A stretch of DNA of 64,000 nucleotides from assembly GCF_006345805.1 (NCBI RefSeq), contig NC_043008.1:59706001-59770000 (forward strand), given 5' to 3'. Every line of letters starts with the position of its first letter. Positions within the stretch are counted from its first letter, which is position 1. This stretch comes from Octopus sinensis (lineage: Eukaryota). The position numbers and the translations under genes were made by a program. Under the pieces are notes generated by a model. The model ran no database searches. It was not told the origin of the DNA and saw only the letters and a list, made by a program, of their open reading frames with translations. This document shows positions 52,279 through 64,000 of this stretch, piece after piece.

Positions 52279-53616
52279 TAGTTTTATTTTTATAGCGTGC
52301 TTTCACTTCACTACCGAGCGCAGCTCTGTGTGCCTTGGGTATGTGCTGTGATTTGTTGTGATGCTCTGATGGTTATTGTATGGAAAGTGTTCTGCGTAGG
52401 GTGTGTGCAGTGCCTAGTAGTGCAATTTTCTGTATGTTATATGTGTTTGTAAGTCCTGGTGTTTTTGTTATGTATTTGTCTGAATATTTTTTTATCATGC
52501 CTAATGCACCTACTATGATAGGAATTGTTTCTGTTTTCAGGTTCCACATTCTAGTTATCTCTATTTCCAGGTCTTTGTATTTTGAGAGTTTCTCCATTTC
52601 TTTTAGAGACACGTTGTCATCTGCCGGTACTGATACATCAATTAGAAAGCATTTTTTTTCTTCATGGTCTCTGACAACTATATCTGGTCTGTTGGCCTTA
52701 ATTTCTCTATCTGTGTGTATCGGCATATCCCAGAGTATGGTTGCTTTCTCGTTTTCTGTGACCTTTTCTGGTGTGTGCCTATACCATCTTTTTTTCTGTT
52801 GTTATTCCATAATGTTGGCATAGCTTCCAATGTATGTAAGTTCCAACTCTGTCATGTCTGTGAATATATTCCTTCTTAGCCAGGACTGGGCAGCTAGAGA
52901 TAATATGATTTATTGTTTCTTGTCCATCTCCACATATTCTGCAGTTACTTGTAATATTTCTTTTCATTACATGTTTTTGGTAATTTCTGGTGGGGAGGCT
53001 TTGGTCTTGTGCTGCAATTAAAAATCCCTCTGTTTCTGCTTTGAGTCCTGAGCTTCTCAACCATTGCTGGGATTTTTCTTTGTCTATTTCTTTTGCGTTT
53101 AGTTTAGTGCAGTATTTACCATGAAGGGGCTTTTCTTGCCATCGTTTTATCATGGCTCGTTGCTGTTCTATTTTTAGTTTGGATTTCATTTGTTTTATAG
53201 CTTTTTTGTTGTTTCTTCATCATCTTCTTCTTCTTCTTTGTGTTTATTAGGTGGTATGATTTCTTGTTTGTATTTGTCAGCTTCCTTAAATACTGAGAAC
53301 AGTTTTTTGTTTTGCTCGTGTTTTGCTGCTATCTGGATCAGTTTTCCTTCCTTCTGAAGTAGGTATTTTTGCAGACCTATGGTGGTTATTTTATAGTAGT
53401 TTTCCAGCTGTATAAGGCCTCTACCACCTTCTATACGTTGTATATATAGTCTTTCTATGTCAGATTTTGGGTGATGCATCCTAGATCCTGTCAGTATTTT
53501 CTTGTTTTCCTATCTATTTTGGACAGTTCATTTCATGTCCAGTTAAGGATATTGTAGCTGTAACTTATAACTGGGACAGCTAAAGTGTTGATACCTATTA
53601 TCTTGTTTTTAGCATT

Positions 53617-53617
<1 letters not shown>
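52276..53617 (-). mobile_element. 5'-truncated R4/Dong-like retrotransposon flanked by (TAA)n; deleted partial copy at 51942-52222
   Basis: ORFs 53195-53479, 52779-53189 and 52373-52726: RLY..R.EGGRGL, KAETEGFLIAAQDQ, CRICG..ETINHIISSC, RHD, RPDIV, EKLSKYKDL (CCHC plus restriction-like endonuclease). Confidence 0.9.
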
Positions 53618-53687
<70 letters not shown>

Positions 53688-54920
53688 TACAAAGGATCGG
53701 TTTTTTTTATGTGGCCCCCTTACAGTTTTCTGGCTTTAGAAACGCCTTTTTAATGCTACCTTGAGAGTAGCAAGTGCTAATATCAATACATCTAGACTGA
53801 GGTAGACTGAAGCACTTTCTATGCAATTTGAAATGTTTTTTTCGGAGACTTTAATGCTTACAATTAAGACTGGTCATATAGCTGAACGACACAGATGTTT
53901 CAGTGATGTAATACTCTTCTGATAATCACTATCATGTAATATAGAAGACATATGTTTCAATGTACCAGGACAGGGGATACACCGTAAAAAGGTCCAGTAC
54001 TATAAAGAAAATCAGCTTTAAGGCTAAGGACACTTAATCAATCGACTTATCTCGCAAATTCCTTGGAAATGACCCCGTAAAAAGGTACAATGTTATGAAA
54101 TAATCTACATGGTTATTTGAACGTGTCTCAGAGAGATCGTTTTTGTGGTTACTTGAACTATTAGAAATAGAAACCAAAATCTCCTTCATTTATACGATAC
54201 CGTCTAAAAATACAGCATGTTGGGCACGGTTGGAACTTCTTTGATTATCGGTGAGCTCGATTAGACTGATCTGTGTCTAATCAATAGTTCCCCAAAATAC
54301 AGAAACTATATAAATTTCTCTTGGTGTGGACAGCTAGTCGTTACTTTCTAAGCTGAACACACACCAATACCATACGACCAATACAATACGTTTGTTAAGG
54401 GTTTCTCGTTATTGTTTCATTGTTTTTATATTTATATATGCTGTGTTTATTATTGATTCTTCCTATCCCGTTTACAAATGGAAATATCGATTCAATTATC
54501 TATCTATTTATTTATTTATTTATTTGTATATTTATCTATATGTTTGTCTACCGTTCATAACAAAAATATGGCTTTCACAGTGGTTTGGAAAAGAAAGAAA
54601 AATGTAACGATGTACATCAAACTTTCTCACACTTTGCTCTGAGGTGGTTGGCATTAAGAGCGTGTTATACATACGATAACCTAAATATCAAAAGAAATAA
54701 ATTAAAAAAAACACAACAACAATAACAAAATGAAAACAAACAAGAAAGAAATGGAATAAAATGCCTATAACAAACAGTAAAAAGAAGAGGAATAGATACG
54801 GAACGGTCGTACAACAAGAAGTTAGTTAATATAGAAACACAAGAAAGCAACGAATATTAAATAGTAAAGGAAAGGAAAAGTGGAGGAGTCTAGATAAATG
54901 GACGGACTGAAGCATTAAAT

Positions 54921-54952
54921 GTGTGTCTGTATATGTATATATATATATATGG

Positions 54953-55040
<88 letters not shown>

Positions 55041-55052
55041 AATATATATATA

Positions 55053-55136
<84 letters not shown>

Positions 55137-55228
55137 GTATATATATACATACATATATATATATATACATATGTATATATATATTCATACATATATACAT
55201 ATATATATACATATATATATATATATAA

Positions 55229-55259
<31 letters not shown>

Positions 55260-55357
55260 GGATATATATGTATGTATATGTAATATATATTTGTATATAT
55301 ATATATATATAAATACATATATAATATACATATATGGAGATATATATATATATATGG

Positions 55358-55415
<58 letters not shown>

Positions 55416-55864
55416 TATGTATGTATATATCGATGCATTCAGCAGTATGTCTATCTGCGGTAATACGTTCGTTCTCTTAATCTCAAGAAAGCAATGACTG
55501 TATGTTTATAGCCAGATAGGTAAGAAGAATGAGAATATTAAACTATTTTCTCCCCCCTCAACCCCCACAACGCATTTTTTTCTCTCTCACTGATTGCCAA
55601 AATAAAATATCTACACCACTTCCACACACAAAAAATACTCCCACCTCCAATAAAAAAAAAATCCCCCCGCCTGTAGCTAATTTTTCTTGATAGCAGAAAT
55701 AAAGTAACACTGTACTTATCTACAACATTTTTTTCCCTGTAAGGGGGATTGGTTGGGCACTGTAGGGGAGGGTGAGGAGAAAAAACATATCTTGTCTGAA
55801 TGTTCTGGATATTACGTAGGAAAACTAAAAGAAAAAACACAGGAAAAGTTGTGTGTATATATAT

Positions 55865-55918
<54 letters not shown>

Positions 55919-56089
55919 CATACATATATACAGACATTTACTAAGTAAAAGTGATCTACGATGTAACACTGTAGTTTGTTTTCTGAATGGAGAATGGGAA
56001 TTTAGGCAGTAGTGCGAGAATAAATGTGTAGGGAAAATTCGTCTGAATGTTGTGGATATTGCGTAACAGATGCGAGACGATTGTATATT

Positions 56090-56156
<67 letters not shown>

Positions 56157-56250
56157 GTATATGTGTGTGTATATATATATTATATATATATATATTTATG
56201 TGTGTGTGCGTGTGTGTGAATGTATGTATATATGTATAGACATACAAACT

Positions 56251-56295
<45 letters not shown>

Positions 56296-56328
56296 ATGTG
56301 TATATATATATATATATGTTTGCATATA

Positions 56329-56369
<41 letters not shown>

Positions 56370-56506
56370 TGTATATATATATATATATATTATATATATA
56401 TATTATATATTATATAAATGTATATATATGCGTGCATGTGTGTACAATGTATAATGTATGTATATACACACACATATATACATATACATGTACACACACA
56501 CATACC

Positions 56507-56551
<45 letters not shown>

Positions 56552-56690
56552 GCATGGTTGTGTAAAGAAGTACCTATATGCACATACGTACACACACATT
56601 CACATACACTCAAACACACACACATATGCACATTGGCACACATAGGTACACATAGACACACATACACATATATGTATGCAATTATATGAA
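54921..56690. repeat. Long (TA)n / (TG/CA)n microsatellite fields
   Basis: Visible simple repeats at 54921-55430 and 55855-56690. Confidence 0.95.
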
Positions 56691-57179
56691 GAAGCAACAC
56701 CTAACTGATAAAACGTGTTCATAACATCCGTTTCTTTATTTTTGTGTGTGTGTGTCTGTGATATTACGAACATACATATATCTTTCCAGCCAGATCGTCT
56801 GTACAGGTCTTTTCTTTTCTTTTCTTTTTTTTTTACATTGGTAAAAGGTTGTAATTCACCTTCATGTTACACCAACTCCTCGACTTCGGCTTTCGCTTAT
56901 CTTACAGACATCTCAGTTTGTCTAAATGAATAACAGAGAAAGAAAAATAAAAAGAGATTAGCAGTTCGTTACCTTCCAATGTATGAAACATCTCCGGCCT
57001 CATCACCGCCCTTCATCGCCTCAGGAAAAAGAAAAGAAAGGAAGAAGGAAAGAAAGAAAGAAGAGAAATAAACGAAAATTTATAATGAATAGCTTGATCT
57101 GCTCGATCAGGACACTGATGGTGCGTGTGCGTGTGAATGTGTGCGTGCGAGTGGTGGGGGGCATGGATGGTAGAATTAT

Positions 57180-57900
57180 TACAACACAACCACTATTATC
57201 ACCCTCGTCCTCAACATCATCTTCATCATCATCACCATAGTGACTATCCTCATCATCATCGTCATCGTCGTCGTCGTCGTTGTTATTATCATCATCATAA
57301 TCATCACCATCATCATAACCGTCATCGTCATCTTCGTCGTCGTTACCACCACCACCACTACCACCACCACCACCACCACCACCATCACTACCACCACCAC
57401 CACCACCATTAGTACTACAACCCTTCTTATGGTACCGAGGCCTACTACACCATTATATCAACGTCACGATGATGACAACAACGACCATCACCATCACCAC
57501 CATCACCGCTACTACCACCACCACCACCACCACCACCAATATCATGAAGGTCACGGCTACCACTACAACTACCACCACCAGCATCACCGTCAGCACCTCT
57601 ACCACAAGCATCTCCACCACCACCATCACAACCATCACCACAAGCACAACCATCTTCCTTATACCACTGGGATGACCAATACAATCATGTCACCGTCATC
57701 ACCACCACCGCTGCCGCCGCCACCACCACCATCTCCACCACCACCGCCACCATCCCAACAACAGCAACTATCACTACTACCACTATAACCACCATCATAC
57801 CACCAGCACCAGCACCAGCACCATATCATCACCATAACATCACCACATCACGATTCCCCCTTCATACCACCACATCACCATCCTACCATCACGTCACTAC
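57180..57900. repeat. Compound (CAT)n/(CAC)n/(ACC)n trinucleotide low-complexity tract
   Basis: Visible; gives poly-His/Thr/Pro/Val ORFs in several frames. Confidence 0.9.
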
Positions 57901-58544
57901 CATTCTATTGCTATCACATACAACCACCACCGCCGGCATGCAGTCTCTCCTTGACCAGAAAAACTACTATCTTAGAGATCATCGGTAACGAAAGTTCGCC
58001 CCCAATTAAGAAAGATACTTTTATCCCAGTACACAAAAGTATCCAGGTCAAGTTTCGAAAAATGTAGGTATTCATGGTACAGGAAAAAGACAGACGAGAT
58101 TCATTCCTATGCCGACAGCTTGAGGTAATCTTATGACACTTTGAGAGCTGTATTATGATCCACAAATCTCTGGTTCATCACAGCCGCTGAGTGCAAACAG
58201 ATTGGTATGTCTGACAAACTAATTAGATAATTCTTCAATGATGAGCGGAGCTTCTTCATTATGAGTGAAGTAATTATATTTTTTAAAATCTGTTATTTAT
58301 TTCAGTCAGTGGACTGCGACCGTGATGGAGTACCACCTCAAAGTGTTTAGTCAAACAAATCAACCCTAGTACTTACTATGGAACGGGGGCATAAACAAAG
58401 CAACACTGTTTGTCAGGCGGTGGTGGTGGTGGTGGTGGTGGGACAAACACGAAGAGACATGCACATCCATACACATACATACATACATACATACATACAT
58501 ACATACATACATACACACACACATACTTACATATACATACGTAC

Positions 58545-58621
<77 letters not shown>

Positions 58622-59883
58622 ATATATGTGTATGTATGTACGTATGTCATTATTTAGTTTATTTAAAGATTTCTTGCCAATAGATAAAGAACCGGTTTCT
58701 AACCAAGATCCAAGGCTCCTTCATTGGAATTTCAACATCAACAACATGGTATTTTCTATGTATGTATGTATGTATGTATGTATGTATTATGTATGTATGT
58801 ATGTATGTATGTATTATGTATGTATGTATGTATGTATGGGCAGATTTGTACGTTTTATGCATGTATTCTCATGCATATAGCCACATATCTAGACATGCTC
58901 GTACATATTGAATTGATAAACTTCTGGAAAGTTTTCAATTTTTTACAGTTCCAGTGATGGATTGAATCTATAATCTTCGAATAAGCTTTCTCCTTTCTGA
59001 TTTTGAGAAGCCTAATTTCTCAAGATTGGTATTTAGGCAGTGTGTTACATACCCCAGTGCCCCAATAATTACAGGTATAAACCTGGACTTGTAATGTAGA
59101 TAGAGTAACTGCAGATTTCTCCATAGTTCAACATAGGTCTTCTCTTTTTCGCTGATCTTCAGCTTTATGTTAACATCCGCTGAGCAGCTGATTTCCACCA
59201 CTGTGCACAGTTTCTTTTCTCTATCCCAAATCATTATATCAGGTCTGTTGTGCTTACAGTAGTGCATTTCACCAGTATTCCTTTTTTATTATGCGTGGAT
59301 ATGGCTTCTACCATATTGTAGGTTCTTATTTCTTTGTCTTCGGGATTATCTTTCCGACGGATTTCATTATAGAGTGTCCTAAGCTACAACGTTATGTCTC
59401 ATCGGTAGTTAATACTGTGGTGACATTTTCGGACAACTGCTTATGATGTAGGGGAAGTCTTCAGTGTGAACTCCGCAAAGACTACATCGGTTGTCACATT
59501 TTAAGGCTTTACTAGCATCTCTATCCATATTGTGCATCAGGTACTTGGCTGATATTTCCTGTTCCTGGATTGCAAACTCAGACCTGTCAAAGTATAGGTC
59601 CATGATAAACTGCTTTGATGATCGACGTTACTAACATCACGGAGCTTTCTACTAACATATCCATGCATAGTCTTCTGCTCATATAGGCTCATCCTTTCAT
59701 CTGATAATATGTTGCGGTAGAGTTGTGCGACTTCTTTGGGCATGTATTCTAGGTTATCAGACAAAGAGTGTTGCTGAAGGAGCTGCCTTCCAAGTCTCAT
59801 GATGTTATCAGCCTCATGTATGCAAACTTGGTCAAGGAATGCATCTCGACACTTGGTAGTTAAAAGATGTTGCCGAAGGGATA

Positions 59884-61175
59884 CGAGGGGCGTTCAATAA
59901 GTAATGCCCCTGACCCACTTCCCATAGCAGTAGAGCAACGAAACTTGGCACAGTTATTAGTCTTTTTCTACATAGGAACCACCCTGAGTTATGCATTTCT
60001 CCCATCGTTTGATGTGGCTCTGGAGACCGTTTTTGTAGAAGAACCCAGCTTGGTCCTCCAACCTCAACGTGACTTCAGAAATCAAGGCTGCATCATCTGG
60101 GAAACGCTTTCCTTTCAAAAACAACTTCATGATTGGGAAGAGGTGAAAATCAGAGGGTGCAAGGTCAGGAAAGTAGGGGGGATGGGGAGGAGTTCATAGC
60201 CATACGCCTGTGCTTCTGATCTGGCGACAAGCGAGTTGTGGACCGGAGCGTTGTCCTGCAGGAGGAGGATGCGTTTGCTGATCTTGCCCCGCCTCTTGAT
60301 TTTGATAACTTCTCTTAATTTCCTCAAAAGTGAAGCATAATAGGCTCCTGCAATTGTGGTACCCTTTGCCAGGAAATCTGTCATCACTACTCCGTCCTGG
60401 TCCCAGAAGACTGGGAGCATGACCTTGCCAGCGGAGGGCTGCATCCTTGCCTTCTTTGGAGGGGGTGAGTCACGGTGCTTCCACTGCATTGACTGGGCTT
60501 TGGTCTCTGGATCATCGTGATGGACCCAGGTTTCATCCTGTGTAATCAGTCTTTTGAAAAATTTTGACTCATCTTCTTGGCACATCTCCAAATTCACCCT
60601 CGAGCACTCGACGCGTTCTTGCTTCTGGAAAGGCGTGAGCAACCTGGGAATCCATCTGGCAGTCACCTTTTGCATATGCAAATGGTCATGAATGATAGTT
60701 TCCACAGACCCGGTACTAATCTTGACCTCATGGGCTATTTGGCGAATAATTATGCGTCGATCTTCCAAAATGGCAGCCTCAACTTGACGGACAGATGCCT
60801 CATCAATGGCAGAAGTGGGGCGACCAGATCTGGGAGCTGTTTCCACTGAGTTCCGACCATGTTTGAATTCACGATGCCAGCGTTTTACAAGGTTATATGA
60901 TGGGGCATCATCACCATAAGTTACTTTCATTTCATCAAAAGTCTCCCGTGGTGTGCGTCCTTTCAAATACAAAAACCGGATCACTGCTCGACACTCAACA
61001 GGCTCCATTTCACACTTGACTCAGTTCAAACACCTGTAAATCAGAAACCACAATTAATTCAGAGCTGTAATTTGCCACTTACTCTATAGAGATATAAATG
61101 ATTGCACATGCAAAATTTCAGCTAGATCAAACAACTGCAAGTGGGTCAGAGGCATTACTTATTGAACGTCCCTCG
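59884..61175 (-). mobile_element. Full-length mariner element (1292 bp, irritans/Bytmar-like), TA TSD
   Basis: TIRs of about 37 bp: CGAGGGGCGTTCAATAAGTAATGCCCCTGACCCACTT and AAGTGGGTCAGAGGCATTACTTATTGAACGTCCCTCG, each flanked by TA. Confidence 0.95.
59957..61008 (-). pseudogene. Mariner DD34D transposase with one frameshift near 60180
   Basis: WIPRLL, TQDETW and LQDNAPVH in the 293-aa ORF; after the frameshift PYFPDLAPSDFHLF...RWEKCITQGGSYVEKD* (stop at 59957-59959). Confidence 0.9.
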
Positions 61176-61937
61176 TATGATGCGACATTCAAAGGCATTT
61201 TGGATCGATGTTAAGCCTCTGCCGCCTTGTTTCCGGTTTAGGTAGAGGCGGTCTACGTCACTGTTCATGTGGAAACTATGTGTGCTTGTTAGTATTTTTC
61301 GGGTTTTCACATCAATGGCTCGTATCTCATCAAGCGTCCAGTCAAGCAGCCCAAATGTTGGTATGAGTACTGGCACTGCAAACACATTGTGGGCCACCGT
61401 TTATTTGAATGCAAAAAATTCTGAGGTCCAAATTTTCTTTTTTCGGCTGTAATATTCTCTAGTGACACCTGTTTTGTTTCAGGTGCCATTGTAAGATATC
61501 TTTTAATGCACCCGTAGATACCTGTAACATTCCTCGTCAGATACAGGGGAAACAGTCAAATCATTGATGAAGATGTTACTTGTCTGGTTTATAGTTTTAC
61601 CCCTTTTCCCAACCATATAACATTTATCCTGACCAAATTCCAACTCTAAACCCTTTGAGAATGTTGTAACTAGGTCAAGGGTCTTTTTTTTTATCTCATG
61701 CATATTTTTTGCATAAAGTTTTAAGTCAGCCACAAAGAAATTGTGTAATTTTGGTATTTCTGTTACCTTGTGAACCAGTGAGATATCTTGCAAACTTCCT
61801 TAACATGAATGACAAAGGGTTTACATAAAGTATAAACAACATCACAGAGAGGATGTCTCCTTGGATATGCCTTTGCGATATTGTATTCTATCGGTGATAA
61901 TACAGTCACTCTTTGTGTTTAATTTCAAAGAATAATT

Positions 61938-62012
61938 CGTCTGAAGATAGCCATGATAAAAACTCCGAGTTTCGCCCCGACATCCGAAACTCAGAGTTTT
62001 ATCATGGCTACC
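61938..62012. repeat. 75-bp hairpin mini-MITE flanked by an 8-bp direct repeat
   Basis: TAGCCATGATAAAA.CTC.GAGTTTCG / CGAAACTC.GAGTTTTATCATGGCTACC; GAATAATT on both sides. Confidence 0.6.
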
Positions 62013-62108
62013 GAATAATTGTCACATATTATATTTACACACACACAATATAGGTGCAGGCATGGTTGAGTGGTTAAGACGCTCACGTATATATATATAT
62101 AATATATA

Positions 62109-62151
<43 letters not shown>

Positions 62152-62794
62152 ATATATGTATATATATATACGTGACGGACTTCCGTATGGCTTCCGTTTA
62201 CCAAATTCACTCACAAAGCATTAATGGGCCCGATGCTTTAATAGAATATATCTATTGAAGGTACTGCGCTGAACCCGAAACCACGTGGTTACAAAGTGAG
62301 CGTCTTAACCACGCAAGCATGCCTGCACATATAATTCACTTTTTACAAGGGGAGATCAACGTGTCGTTGCTAACTTTCTGACTGAAAACGAAATAAAACA
62401 AAACAAAACAAAACGAAACAAAAACAACAACAAATGTCATAACCGCTCTTGTAAAAGCATTTCTATACTTGATAGCATTCCCGACGAGAACGACAAGATT
62501 GATAGACTCTTTGCCTTCTTTCAAGTCCCACTGAGTTTTTTCAGTTAATGTGAAGCCAGGAGGATATTTCACCAGAGTTCAAGAACTCCTTAAAAGTTCA
62601 TCGTTACAAAAAGAATAAAAATCGTAAGTGCTGCGGCAACGGACTAGGAATATCTCTGCGGTCAATCGCTTGGAATATCCTCCTCCGAGTCATGTGGAGT
62701 CTATTGACTGTCAACTCTTAACATGGTTTTTTGAGAAATAGTGCGGCTAGGGTGAGAGGCGCAAGGTGTTTGTAGTAACAATGCATACCTACCA

Positions 62795-63900
<1,106 letters not shown>

Positions 63901-64000
63901 CGTTTTTTCCTCTTCTCCTTTTTTCCTCTTTTTCTTCTTTTTCTTTTTTCTTTTCTTTTCTTTCTTTACCTTTTGTTTCTTTTTTTCTTTTTTCCCTTTT

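Larger units (their letters stand above)
58845..61915 (-). mobile_element. R4/Dong-like non-LTR retrotransposon remnant split by a mariner
   Basis: IQGDILSVMLF, FVADLKLY, YRYL, SDVDRLYLNRKQGGRGL, C..C zinc knuckle, HNRPDI and EKEKTY.EL motifs; 3' end abuts (CATA)n. Confidence 0.85.

Noticed and set aside
54921-56700. Many YIYI/HTHT ORFs
   Set aside because: Translation artefacts of (TA)n and (CA)n microsatellites.
57137-58205. Poly-His/Thr/Pro ORFs and adjacent unique sequence as an exon
   Set aside because: Trinucleotide repeats keep frames open, no recognisable domain is present, and the adjacent unique segment has stops. A UTR exon cannot be excluded but is unsupported.
61941-62020. CTGAAGA plus long stem as a hammerhead ribozyme
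   Set aside because: Second core reads GAAT and stems I and III are not evident; better explained as a hairpin mini-MITE with an 8-bp TSD.

Overview
AT-rich, repeat-dense eukaryotic DNA, most likely an Octopus (cephalopod) genome. This is inferred from the tRNA-derived SINE families, the microsatellite load and the spliced gene structure. Only one host gene is well supported: a 4-exon MICOS subunit MIC10 (MINOS1) gene on the + strand (CDS 26993-39552, 86 aa), which the ORF track misses. The rest is mostly transposable elements: several SINE families (including head-to-tail multimers bounded by a single TSD), palindromic GG...CC MITE/foldback elements with 8-bp TSDs (Merlin-like, some carrying TTAGGG repeats), a 3-kb foldback with a solo LTR inside, hAT and Tc/mariner elements (one near-intact mariner), R4/Dong-like retrotransposons embedded in (TAA)n, RTE and Tx1/L1-like fragments, Penelope remnants with minimal hammerhead ribozyme motifs, a tRNA-His pseudogene and long simple repeats. 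All calls were made by eye, without database searches, and repeat boundaries are approximate unless a TSD is quoted.
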